The notes below the pieces were generated by a model, which worked only from the letters and a program-made list of their open reading frames with translations, searched no databases and was not told the origin of the DNA. This document shows positions 48,901-61,584 of a stretch of 64,000 nucleotides of DNA, in pieces (positions within the stretch are counted from its first letter, which is position 1; each line of letters starts with the position of its first letter). Source of the DNA: Convolutriloba macropyga (taxonomy: Eukaryota); contig NC_134471.1 in the NCBI RefSeq assembly GCF_964194025.1, forward strand, positions 37,758,001-37,822,000, written 5' to 3'. The translations under genes and the position numbers were made by a program.

Positions 48901-50019
48901 TTCAAATCAGTTAACGTTTAGGGTTTTTAGGAAAATAATATTTCGCTTTGTATCCTTCGCTGTTTTGATATTCTAAAGAAAGGTGCCCTTAATTATTAGG
49001 CGCCCACCATTATGTTTCAACAATGAATCGAGTTTGAACAATTTTCAAAAAAACAATCTTTGCAAAAATATACCCGAAGATTTCTCTGCGGTGGAAAAAA
49101 CGAGGTTTTTGTGAGGGAATAAATATAGTCCATTTAGTTGATTTTTTTGGCAGTATATCTTGTTTCTGATATCCGAAACATCAATTCGTTCCGTAAAATT
49201 CTGGTTACCTGCAAAAAAAACATTCATTGACGGATTGAAATCACAATAACCTCCAATGAGTTAGTTGATGCAAAAAAATTTAAACTACGACAACCGACGA
49301 ATCAAAAGAAATCAAGATGAAGGGAAATCACTCATTTTCTTAATATTTACCGGTTTTTATGAACAACTGCTGGTTTTTACCAGTTTTTCTTAACCGGTTT
49401 TTATAAACAACTGCAGAATTTGTCAGGTGTTTTCGTCAATTCTAATTGTTTCCTTAAGATGCATTTAGTTGGATGATATTTTCAAGGTCACCATATGTTT
49501 TTAACATGAACTGAAAGAGGGAATGGTTCCGGTCGAGCTGTCTTCTTATTGGCTCTCATTCATGCAACACATTTCATTTTGAGCAGAAATTTACTTAAGA
49601 ATCAGTTGCGTGTTTTTTTAAGAAAAATAAAAGAATTAAATTGATTTTAAATCTGAAAATTTGAATTATCTTAAGAAAACAAACTAAAATCTGCCTTTGA
49701 GAACTGTTAACACATACTAAATTACTATTAAAAACTAGTATCCTTCATTTTTATCAAGATTTACATAACTACTCGTCTAGATTACTTTTCTGATGAAAAA
49801 AATATGTGATATTATTCTTTGCATCTTAAACAGCTTCCTTCCTTTCACTCAATTCATTTCCTTGCGCTTAAGTTTGCTTGCCAATTCCCCAAAAATGTGG
49901 TTATTCACGGCTCGCCATTTTTTGACGGCTCGTGGATTTCACGCAAATCTCTTGCTGTCAGAATTACAAGCATTAATCAATTCATCATGTAGGATTTTGT
50001 GCAAAAAAACGGATTAATT

Positions 50020-50171
50020 AGAAGATTCTGACACAGAAAAGATTATCCTGCATTATTCTGGCAGAAAAATGATTATCTTGCAAGAATCAGGCAGAAATCT
50101 TGCAAGAATATGCATATTCTTGCAAAAATCTGGCAGAATCTTGCAGGATAACCATTCTATTTCGACCCGGG
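50020..50171. mobile_element. Solo end of a cccgggtcga-type MITE
   Basis: Ends tcgacccggg like 38219; internal tcttgcaaga palindromic repeats. Confidence 0.55.
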
Positions 50172-51077
50172 TACTTAAAAGGTGATGCAAATTTTACACA
50201 AACTCCATATAAACTCCAACTTCTTTTAATGTGTGACAATAAAATAGATGAAACAATTTTGTCCAGTCTGATCAAAGTATCGCGAGTCTAATTTAGTTTT
50301 AAACTTTTAAAAATTGTAGTCATATTGAGGTTTTTGTTGTTTATGTGTCTCTTATACTGTTTTTCCGCTTTAACAGTTTAGAGGATGAAAAATTTATTTG
50401 AACCTACACTTGGTACAAAAAAAAACAATTGAAAAATAATGCAAAATCCGAGTTGACATTGATGCTTGTTTTGAGAAAAAAATAGGGTAGGACTTAGAAG
50501 GTTTGCTGTTGAATACCTTAAAGCCACTGTTAGCGGCAAGGACCAGGTACGCTATAATGATCACATGGATATAGGGGACAGAGCGTCCATGTGTGATAAA
50601 CGGAAATAATAATTTAAGTGAAAACAAGTCTGTGTGGTGGTACCTAAATAGAAATTCAGGTCTTGAGAAACCGTGAAAAACACTCTGGGGAAAAAAACCA
50701 TGCTAAGGAAAAACATCTTGGTGTCATCGGGCTAAGAAAATAAATCTATGGACTCACGTATTTAATCCATTTTTAATGATTTTAGGAATTGTTATATATC
50801 GATGCAGATCAGTGGACATTTTTAGTATTTTTTGATAAATCAAGTAAAACCTAATGATATCTCAGTTTATTTCGATAATGAGTGCAATCAAACTTCAAAT
50901 AGAGAATTTGCAATTAAGTTTCCATTTAAAGAAAATCGAAAAGAGGCTACTTCATCCTCTTTTGTGTTCTGAAATATTTTTTGTCAACAAAATTTTTTCT
51001 TGCAATTTTTAGGACCCATAATTGTAAGAAAAAGCGCCGAAAGACAGTTGTTTTCACCAAAACCATTATATCCAACG

Positions 51078-51720
51078 GGACTGAACGTCATGTCTTAATA
51101 AGTACTTTTTCAGTGAAATTATACGTCTTGGATTAGTGCTGTATCAGAGCGCTGATCATGTCACTTTTTAGTCTTGACAAGATTCATTCAAGTCTTGGTC
51201 AATACTTTATCAAGTCCTGAGCAACGAACGAACACAGCCGCTATATACGAAGGCATGCATTCAAAACCCACCATAAAGAATCAGGAATTCCAAGAAAATT
51301 TGAGCAATTCCACATAAAACAAGATACGGACATCGCATTAATATACAAGAACTATCAACTTCTTTGCGCCCAACGAAAAAAATGGTTTCCGAGTAAATCC
51401 ATCAAGCCTTTTAGGTTGATACATGCTAAAATCTGGAAAAACTTGGTCAGATTTTGAAAAGTTCTTGTAAAAAAATCTGCCAAAATTTAGCTAATTTTGT
51501 AATGCATAACTTATAAGTAGGTCTACTCTGAACTCTACTTCGCTTATTAACTGCGCAATACTCAAGACTTGTCAAGTCTCGGCAAAGACTTGACTCAGCA
51601 AGTCCTGGCAAGTCTTTACAAGTCTTAAGAAATAAAAATGGACGTGATTAGGACTGATTTGTCCATTCAAGACGTGTGTTTCACAGCAGAAGTACTGATC
51701 AAGACTTGAAACTTGTTCCA
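51078..51720 (+). mobile_element. MITE-like element with caagtcttga repeats (copy 1)
   Basis: Imperfect TIRs; similar in inverted orientation to 52885-53663. Confidence 0.65.
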
Positions 51721-52075
51721 GGTACGGTATAAGAGTTAACTACGACTAGAACTACGGTATGAAATAAAAAAACGTTAACATTGTAAGGACTCACAAGATT
51801 AACATCTTTTGCAGAAAAGAGCCTTCAACGTCATACAACGTTACTATCGTTACGATAACAATGTGCAATTTTTTCAGATATCCATTGGCGGGAAATAATC
51901 CTAATGCTACGACGTTTCTTTCTTAGAAGACTCGCTAAGTCCTAAGAAATGAAAAAAAAAACGTTTAATGCAAATATGAAAGATATCCGTAATTTGAAAT
52001 GATCGTGCAACATAATACCAACGTCAACTTTTAATGAAATTCATAAACAATGTTATTGCTGCATGTTAATTATAT

Positions 52076-52325
52076 GGCTGATGCATCTCAAAAAATTGGG
52101 TTTTAAGCCATTTTTTTTAATAAACCTCAATTTATCGTAGGAGATGGTGAGTTAATCCCACTAATGAATTCCCTCGTTGAAAACCTAGTTCACCGGTAAG
52201 CATGCTTACCGGCAAACTAGTTTTTCATCGAGGGAATTCATTAGTGGGAGCAACTCATCATCTACAATGAATTGAGAGTTATTAAGATTGCCTGAAAACC
52301 CAATTATTTTGAGATGTATTAGCGA
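52076..52325. repeat. ~250-bp imperfect palindrome (foldback element)
   Basis: Perfect core ccggtaagcatgcttaccgg centred at 52202/52203, arms match outward. Confidence 0.85.
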
Positions 52326-52884
52326 TAAAGAGATTAGACAGGGTGGTGTACTGCGTTCCAAGTTACAAAGTCTTGAAAAGTTGAAGTACATAGGTCTAGT
52401 ATGGGCATTTGTGATACTGAACGCTCGAAACTCTGAAGACAAGCTGTTTCGAACGCCCAAAAGATGGGATTATCACGCGCTTAAATATGCTTGTGTTTAA
52501 TATTCCGTATTTTTTCAATCTTCTGTGAATTTTTTCTGTGTTGTTCAATTTGAACCCTTTTGAATAACAAAAAAATGAAAGACTAAAGTGGGCCATAAAA
52601 AGATATCTATTTGTTACCTTAAGAAAAAAAAATTGACTGTAGAAAAACAGCCAGCCTGGCATTTTTTCTTCAATTTTGAAAGAATTCACTGAACTTTTAT
52701 CCTGAGTAAAACACTATTTGAATGTCTTTCCCTAATTCTTTTTTATTTTGTCAACATTGTTGAATTCTAAAAACTCATTCAGGTTTGAAACTTTCACATG
52801 TTGGGATAACGTAAAAAATTTTTTTGCGTTCCTCCTAATTTTTATCCTAATAATTTGTCAACATTTGTTTGCTAGTGAGCCCGC

Positions 52885-53663
52885 ATCGAACTTCAGGTAT
52901 TGATCTGTACTTCTCCAGTGAAATACACATCTTGAATTGACTGATCAGTACTGATCACGTCTTATCTCAAGACAGACTTGTGAAAACATGTGAAGACTTG
53001 CTCAAGTCTTCAGTCAACAGTCTTCAGTCAAGTCATGACCAAGACCTGGCAAGTCTTGATTATTGCGCAGTTAGGCAAAGTAGAGTTTTCAGAAGAAATT
53101 ATTTATGATTAAAACATTTCGAAATCAGCATAAAATGGTGATTTATTTTAATGAGGATTTGGCTAATCTGACCAAGCTATTTTTGAATTGAACATATACC
53201 AACTTCAAATGTCCCATAAACTCACCCTGAAACCAAAATGTTTTCAAAGGGAAGAAAAAGGTGGCCCTGACTGGTTTCTTTGGGCGATATCGCAGTTTTT
53301 TTTAATCTCTATCAAATGAACTTTGTGGAACTGATCGTGTTGTCTTGTGTTTCTTTTACCACTTAGGAGAGTTTTTTAGGCTGGCCACTGTAGGTGGCGG
53401 CCTTCTTCTTTCATTACCAAACAAAAGCAAACCAACAAAAAAAAACTGTGCTCAATACTTGACCTCAGACTTGTCAAGTCTTGACCATGGCTTGTCAAGA
53501 CTTATCAAGTTATGGCCAAGACTTGATTCAAGAGTTGCCAAGACTTAGGACTCGATTTAAGCCAAGTCTAAAAAGTGAAATGATCAGAGATCTCATTCAG
53601 TAATGTTCCAAGACTCGCAATTTCAGTGAACCAGTACTGATTAAGAATTGAGGTTCAGTCCGG
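52885..53663 (-). mobile_element. MITE-like element with caagtcttga repeats (copy 2, inverted)
   Basis: The end gttcagtccgg is the reverse complement of the ggactgaac start of copy 1; shared internal blocks. Confidence 0.65.
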
Positions 53664-54193
53664 AAAGCGTTTCCAAGTAAGAAAAATTTTTGACATCTCA
53701 TTCAATAAAGCAATGCCTTTTCTGAGTATACCTTTGTCCAGAGTGAGTGTTCTAGAAGCTACGATAATAAAACTTGTTTTCTTTCGTTATGAAAATGATT
53801 GTTAGTTGGTAGATTGACTCCTGTGAGTTTATAAAAGATGTTTTTTTTGCAAGATATACAATATGTAAAAATGATTCAAAAATTGGGTTCATATGGGTGG
53901 GTTTGGGAATTTAAAGGTATCTCAAATTAAATTGGTATGAGTCATTGTAACTGTTATGGGTTAAGTGTGCGCGGGAACTTGTTTGGGTAATTTATGAACG
54001 AGTTGACCTCCAATTGGATGTGTTTTATGCATCTTATTTGAGTAAATGCATGCAGAGTGCTGATAAAGCATCTATGATATAATGAGCGGAGGGATCTTGA
54101 GTCGGTAGTAATGGCGCTAAAACGATGCTGAAACAAATAACATTTATAGATTGAGGCTCTGATTTTCTGTTTTCCTATCAGAGTAGTAGAAGA

Positions 54194-54390
54194 AGCTGAC
54201 TAGAACCTCAACGGGGGGGACACTATGTATTAAGATAGGGAATGCAGAAATTGTCCCCCCTAGGGGGACACTTAGGGGGACATTTAATGCAATTCGCACT
54301 AAATGTCCCCCTAAGCGTCCCCCTAGGGGGACAATTTCTGCATTCCCTATCTTAATACATAGTGTCCCCCCGTTGAGGTTCTGCTCAGCT
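54194..54390. repeat. ~197-bp near-perfect terminal palindrome
   Basis: agaacctcaacgggg...ccccgttgaggttct, arms ~90 bp, loop about 54291-54295. Confidence 0.95.
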
Positions 54391-55469
54391 CCGAACTTTT
54401 TTTTTCGAAAAAATTCTTCTATTTTACCTTTCGGCTGATTATAACTCTGTCCAATTTGTTTACAAGCATGACCCAGTTTTTGTTACGACTAATTGTTTGC
54501 GTCAGTGTGTGTGTTTGTTTGTTTAGAACAAGATACAAATTTGCACTGTCAATGCTAGCATTGCTATTAGATGTTTGAGAATAATGAATGTATAGAGAAA
54601 CAAATTTTCAATTTGAAAATTTTCACATAAGGAGTGTCATCACTTTTGATTTTTCAAAAACCAGCTTTCATCTTCAGGAGTCGGCTATTATAGCGCTCCT
54701 AATTTTGTTTTTTACTTAGTAGAACTAGTACATTTTCGCATTACCTTAGTTCACATCTGGTTCAACATTTTGCGTGAAATGTTATTGACTTCTCTAGGGA
54801 GGGTAGCTTCGCTCTTCACTCATTCGGCTCGAAATGCTTTTAGACAACAGTTGCTCAACAAGGAGTTCAAATTGAAGACAGTCAGAACAAGAAATTGAAG
54901 TCAGAAAAGAAACGGGATAAACCCGTAAAGCTCAATTTTAGATGTCCGCCTCTTGAACTATGTTCTTATAAGTTATAGTTGTCATCTCTAATGATCATTG
55001 TTATTAATGATAGCCTTGTAGCTTCTCACTGTGAAAAAAGGAGTATGTTCAACTACCAAATGACATAATATATCACATTTAATAAATCAAATTTAATAAT
55101 GTCTTTGTTTAAAAATCTTTTTTTTTAAAATTCTTTCAATACGAATCTTGCGGTAATCAATGGCTGCTATTTACAGTAACGGCGGCTATATTAGTCTGAT
55201 AATCAAAATTCACATGTATACATTTAAGGATGAAAAAATTGGAGCAAAAAGACATTAAGCTCATTCAAGAAAAAAAATCGCCATGACGTTATTTGTTTAT
55301 AATCAATTAAAACATAGTACAACAAAAAAATTATGGTTAAACAATGAAAAGTCTTTATGATACAAATCATTTGAACTCTATAATTATTATAGTTAAGAAT
55401 GTGAAAAATCAATCCGACTAAACATTTGTTTTACAAATATTTTATTCCTTTAATGAATTTTAATGCTGT

Positions 55470-56595
55470 GTTCAGTGATGAAGTCTTCAGCTGAGATTTT
55501 AACCAATCAGATTTGAGAAGGTTTGTTTACAACTTGATGACTCAGACTTCTTGGGTACCTCCTTAGCTATAGTATATGAGGTCGGCTATAACCTATCTTT
55601 ATACATGTAGTCGGTCGATCCTAATCTTAATACATGTACTTGCTAACATTAAAGTTAGAAAAAATTGTTATTGCGAATGGTTACATTTACAGTAACTAAC
55701 CCTTTTGCCGTAATGTTTGTAATAGAAAATTGAAACTTTGCATAGTTATAGCCAGGTGATAGGGCTACAATTTGTTGGAAATAGATTTTCTTATTTCGAT
55801 TGGTGGTTAGAGTTATTAACAAAAACTCAATAAAATTTGATTATTTTGACTTAGAATTCTTTTGATTTTTTTAAGTGAAGTAAAACAGTTAAGTCAGCGA
55901 AGCTGAACGATTAGTTACAGAGAGTCAAGTAATGCAACGGTATTGTTGAGTTCATTGACGAAATCTTCGACTGATAATTTAACCAATGAGACTTGAAAAC
56001 GTTTGTTTACAACATGATGACTCAGACTTCTCGGGTACTTCCTTAACTATAGTATATAAGGTCGGTTATAACCTATCTTTATACATGTAGTCGGCCGATA
56101 CTAATCTTAATACATGTATTTGCTAACATTAAAGTTAGAAAAAAAAAGTTTTTGCGATTAGTTACATTTACAGTAACTAACCCTTTTTCCGTAATCTTTG
56201 TAATAGAAAGTTGAACCTTTGCATAGTTATAGCGAGGTTATAGGGCTACAAATTGTTGGAAATAGATTTTCTAATTTCGATTTGCAGTTAGATTTATTAA
56301 CAAAAACCCAATAAAATTTGATTATTTTGACTTAGAAATCTTTTGTTTTTTTAAGTGAAGTAAATCAGCTAAGTCAGCGAAGCTGAACGGTTAGTTACAG
56401 AGAGCCAAGTAATGCAACGGTAAGATTGAGTTCAGTGACGAAATCTTCGGCTGATAGTTTAACCAATGAGATTTGAAAACGTTTGTTTGCAACATGATGA
56501 CTCAATCTCCTCGGGTCCTTCCTTAACTATAGTATATAATGTCGGCTATAACCTATCAATATACAAGTAGTCGGCCAAACCTAATCTTAATAGAT
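55470..56595 (+). repeat. 480-bp tandem repeat, ~2.3 copies
   Basis: aaccaat at 55501, 55981, 56461; ctaatcttaa at 55621, 56101, 56581. Confidence 0.93.
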
Positions 56596-57074
56596 CTAGC
56601 AAGTGACACCTAATCATAACACATGAGGGTGGTTATAAATAATCTTAATACATATACTCCGCTTTTCTCTATCTCTGTACATGTAGTCAGCTTTCATAAT
56701 TACAAACTTACATAATACCTATGCATACAGACACGCTCCAGCCCTGTTGAAAAAGGAAACAAGTTAGTGTGTAGGTGTGTACACATTTGCCATCATGCAC
56801 ATGTATATTCTTGAATGCGTAATTACAGACAACAAAATTAAAATGTCTAACCTGAATGTGGCTGTTTAAATTAAAAAATGATTGACTCGAGGATGGAGTA
56901 AGCAGAGAAAGAAAAGATCGTGTTCAAACATGTTCAGTGTGAGAAACACTTTAGAGTTTGAGGAACAAAACCGACCAATCAGAATAGAGGATTTAGTTCA
57001 AGTTGACAGCCAATCATTTTTGAATAAATAAAACCTTCTAGCTGCAAGACCATGCGTTCAGTATACACTTAGTA

Positions 57075-57491
57075 ATGAATAAAATTGGAATAGAAGACAT
57101 AAAGCTGATTCACTAAAAAAATGTATCACTGAGAGGTAATCAAAATTTTAGTCACATATCACATCGTCAGTTATATTTTGTTGCAGCCTGCGCATTATTA
57201 GATCCGGAGATTGACGGAGAAATAGCATTTAAAATCAGACCCTATGGTGGTTTAATAGGAGTTGATAATTCACGACTAGATCCTTTACTGAAATATAGCA
57301 AAGTTTTACGACTTCATGCGGCCTTACACGATGCAGCTGGATTCGTAAACCATTGTAGGAACAAAGGTCCTGGATATGTAAAAGCCTTCCGTTATTCACC
57401 AAAAAATAATTGTCTTTTTGGACATTTGACAGGAATACTGTTTGTACTATCAGTGAAAATTTTCCATTCTCAATTATTCCGTGAGCTGTAA
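57075..57491 (+). pseudogene. Homolog of 19495-19910 (PLA2-like), disrupted
   Basis: RPYGGLIGVDNSRLD..KVLRLHAALHDAAGF..KGPGY. Confidence 0.85.
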
Positions 57492-58061
57492 TGCTAAAAA
57501 ATTTTGGAAGCAAGTCCACAAATATTGTTGCTCTCGATCTCGAAGGTTTCAAACTGAAGTCAATTGGATTCATTGTCAAAGAACTGAGCTTGTGTTGCAG
57601 TTAATACGATACAATATTTTTCAAACCTCAAGTTAGCTTTGCAGAATTACCGGCACACGATCAACAAACTGTTATTTGGTTGAGACACAACCTGCACTGC
57701 CTCGAATGGGACGACGGCGATACACCTTACAGTGACCTAAAAGTAGTTTGCTTAAGTTTCAGTTTCCAATTTACCCGGAAATTTTTTTTTGCAAAAGGCA
57801 CCGAAAAGTGTGAGGTCCTCAGCAAGTTGTTACAGAAAAAAAGTTTACAATCTAGAAGATTTAAACTGTCCCCGCATTTCAGAAATACTTCCAGAGGAAA
57901 CAATTGCTTCTTGCAGTCTACATTCCAATAATTCTACAGCAAACTGTCAAGTATTCAATCATTGTGCAGAACGCAAAGTCAGAATATTTTTACAGTGGAC
58001 ACAAAGTGATGCACAGAAAAGAGACGGCAACAATGATATTTACTTGCTTGACTCCTCTTGA
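57491..58061 (+). pseudogene. DEDD exonuclease-like protein, disrupted
   Basis: VALDLEGF..FIVKELS, NLEDLNCP, HCAERK. Confidence 0.8.
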
Positions 58062-58464
58062 CGATCAGCCGATAGTAATATTCAACAGACTTCAAGATCC
58101 CTGTGTACCAATACAGAACAATTATTCAGTTGATCATCAGAAGCGAGAAAATTTTTTCAACAGCATACTCGGCGCTGCACAACAATCCCAATACAACCCG
58201 CTGTATAGCACAGCAGCAAAACGTTACTTCGCAACAATTACGCTATCTCCAGAAGAACTAGACAGCTTCAGAGCTTTCCTCCTTGTGATTGATAACTTCT
58301 ATCATTTCCAATTGTATGTGAAAAATAAACAGAGAGCTCAGGAACAGCAGAATCAATTTAATTATGGCTGCAAACAAAACAACCGAGAAGCCATCGCTGC
58401 CACCAAAAGAGCAGCGATTACCTCGTTGGAAACAATGAGCGGACAGAAAAGTTCCTCCCTTTAG
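58009..58464 (+). CDS. Maverick 2 hypothetical protein
   Basis: Open ORF syntenic with 20409-20738. Confidence 0.5.
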   Translation: MHRKETATMIFTCLTPLDDQPIVIFNRLQDPCVPIQNNYSVDHQKRENFFNSILGAAQQSQYNPLYSTAAKRYFATITLSPEELDSFRAFLLVIDNFYHFQLYVKNKQRAQEQQNQFNYGCKQNNREAIAATKRAAITSLETMSGQKSSSL

Positions 58465-58761
58465 GTTGAAAAAATTACTACCGGAACGTGAGCTAACTCT
58501 GAAAGAGATGCCGAATGAGTTGCGGGTTTATTTCTTGGAGCATCCCGAAGTTGTGAAAGTCTTCAGTCAACCATCGTATAAAGAAAATGACTAATCAACT
58601 GTTTGTTATAAACTAGAAATAAAAAGTCACATAAATGTTTCCATTTGTTTGAATTCTGGTATATGAAACAGTTGCCCATTGAAAACAGTGAATAAATTAC
58701 ATATCTGATATTTTGTATCGTTCTTGTTGCAATTAACTTTTGAGGCAAAAAATTATTTCAA

Positions 58762-59031
58762 ATGCATCAAAGAGACGAGGCTGATGCGGGTATCAGCAAT
58801 TTAGTGTTTGATGTAAACAACAAAGAGAGACCTCCATGGCGTTGCGGTTGCAGCTCATCGGTGCCACGGTCTGAAGTAATATTTTTTGTTCAAGTCAGTA
58901 TCATAGTTCTAATGATCATCCTTTGCTTCACTATGCTCTTTCTTTTGTCAGAAAGTTGAGAAGAAAAATCAATTTGGATTGCATTGTAGTCAAGCTTAGT
59001 TGGTTATATTTTACCAAATCCAAAACAATGA
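58762..59031 (+). pseudogene. Two-TM membrane protein, internal TGA
   Basis: PRSEVIFFVQVSII...GYILPNPKQ; stop 58957-58959. Confidence 0.8.
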
Positions 59032-59740
59032 ACAAGGTGATTCTGACACAAGACAAGATATTCATGTCAATTGTTGGACCAGCGGTTCCGGTAAGACTGA
59101 GCTGATGTTTCACATGCTGCACGGGAACAATTTTTATCCGCGCTTTGAGAAAATTGATTACTTTTACAAGGAGTTCCAACCGCTGTTCAGAGAAATGCGA
59201 GGTAGAGCAGCACGCATTGAATTCATCAAATATTCAGGATTGGAGATAACGAAGAACCTTTCGAACTGCCTTCTTATATTTGACGACTCATGCGAGGAAA
59301 TTTTTAATGACAAAGAGTTTGTAAAAATAGCTACGCCTGGACGCCATCGTAAACTTCATGTTATATATGTGAAGCATAATTTGTTTCATCAAAGCAAATG
59401 GTCGAGAACAATTGACCTAAACACCACTCATATAATTTTTTTCAAAGCACTGCGTGACATTCAACAGATTGAATACCTTGGAAAACAGTTGACCTGTCTC
59501 CAATTACTCAAGGACGCATACAAATTAGCAACAGCTGAGCCATACGGACAATTAATCATTGATCTGGATCCAAAAACAAGTCAAGGTTTACGATTTGCAT
59601 CACAAACTATTGGACCTGATCCTTCAATTTTTTACATTCCTGCACAAGAAGCAGTCATCACACCATTTATGAATGAAAAAGAGACACTTGCTTATGCTCA
59701 AGCAATGGGCAAAAAGCACAAACAAGAACTCCATCAATGA
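59028..59740 (+). pseudogene. Packaging ATPase, frameshift in Walker A
   Basis: GP/SGSGKT, LLIFDDSCEEIFNDKEF, GRH. Confidence 0.92.
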
Positions 59741-59987
59741 ATCCAAACTAGTTAGAGACAGCGACTTCATTTAGTTTCTGAGTGATTGAGTGATGAACGT
59801 ACTCTCTGGAGTTGTTCCAGTCAATAAAAAAGAACTGAAAAAGTTTGAAAAAACTCTGCGTCAACTTTCGAACAGGAAAGTAGGGAAAACGGAACGATTA
59901 AAACTGATTAAATCTCCCTCGGGCACCAATCTCATTCAACTCATAGCATTACCCTGCATTGTGTATCTGGAACAAAGTGCATACTGA
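59673..59987 (+). pseudogene. Homolog of 21894-22190, disrupted
   Basis: MNVLSGVVP; in-frame stops upstream. Confidence 0.65.
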
Positions 59988-60700
59988 AGAGTTTGTGTTA
60001 ATACCTAAGAAGATGTATACAAGAGAACAACCTCATTTATCTCAATTGCTCAGCAACAAAGATGTTCACAACCCAGACAAGCAGATATCGCTTCTCCAAA
60101 GAAACAAGTCACCATCAGCTCCCCCTGCCTCGCAACTGGATACTGAGCAACAAATTGACGCTTCAGTGGATGATAGAAGTGCAATAAACGAGGCTATGGA
60201 AAAATCATTTATGACAGACAACACATCAGCTATCAGACAAGGAGTGTTGAATGATATTAAAATCTTGAAAGGGATAAAATTTGAAAGAGCGAATGAAACA
60301 CTCGAGATAATAGAGGAATCCGATTCAGTGTCTTGGGACTCATCAAAAAAATTGCTTATCAGAGGTTCAAATACGGACCTCCTTGCTGCTACATTTCTCT
60401 ACAATCTACAGCAAACCACTTGTAAACTATCTTTCGAACATTTCAGTATATTAGCACTTCTCGATATTGGTTCACATTTGACTTGTAACACATACGCCAA
60501 AAAGTTTCTAAATTTATCATCTTAAGAGAAACTGGAATATTTGGAATATGAGTCAGACAAGGAAATTGCTTCAAAATCCCGCAGAAAAAAAGCAAAAGCT
60601 TCTGACAAGGACGAGGGAAGCTTTGAAGAATCAGAAGAAGAAATCAAACCAACCAGCCTCTGGGAAAATTACTTCCTACCAAGTTAAACAGTTAGACAAG
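59977..60700 (+). pseudogene. Homolog of 22194-22989
   Basis: HTEEFVLIPK, TFLYNLQQ, HLTCNTYAK. Confidence 0.7.
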
Positions 60701-61583
60701 TTGTACACTAAAGGCAGTGTTGCATTTGGTAGTACTGCTAAATTAAAGAAGGCTAGTGGTATACCAGAGTTAAAATTAGCCGCTATCTTCAGTCGAAAGC
60801 CCTCTACACGAAATAAAGACAATTCAGGAAAAGATTCCCCCGACTGAAAGCTGTAGCATAGAGAATAAACCAATTCTGGTCGGTTGATGTTGCGTATATG
60901 GATAAAGTTGCCCAACACAACAATGGCGTAAAATATTTATTAGTGGTTGTGGACGTTTTATCGCGTTACTTACGAGTTCAACCAATGAAGGCTTTATATT
61001 CAAAAGATGCTGTTGAAGCATTCAAAAAATGATCAAGAAAAAACAGCCAGAAAAAGTATGGACAGACAAGGGATCAGAGTTCAAAAGAGATTTAAAAAAA
61101 TTTTGTGAAAAGAAGGGAATTCATTTAAACACAACAGAAAACGAAACCAAGTCAGCATTTGCGGAGAGGAACATTCGATCGCTTAAAAACATTATTTACA
61201 AATATTTGGAGGAAAAATGGACTTGGACGTATAATAAAGATTTGCCCCAGTTTGTAAATACAATAAACAGTCGTGTTAACCTGGTTACCCAATTAGCACC
61301 TAATGAAGTGTTCAAAAAACATGAACCATTTTTAATATCACTAGCAATCGACACAAAAAAGTACAAACCAAAATACAAAGAAGGAGACCTTGTTCGGATT
61401 GCAAAGCCTGACGAAAAATTCAGAAAAGGTTATAAACAAAATTACACAAACGAAGTTTTCACGATATTCAAAATTGCAACTGTGAGTCCCCCAACGTACA
61501 ATCTTATAGATGCAGACAACGTTATAATTCAATGTAAATTTTATGAACCGGAATTAGTCCAAGTAAACGTGTTAGACGAATAA
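60548..61583 (+). pseudogene. rve integrase, frameshifted
   Basis: WSVDVAYMD, VWTDKGSEF, AERNIRSLK, FYEPEL. Confidence 0.92.
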
Positions 61584-61584
61584 A

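Noticed and set aside
46300-49900. Possible host gene exons
   Set aside because: No consistent splice-bounded open frames or motifs could be supported by eye
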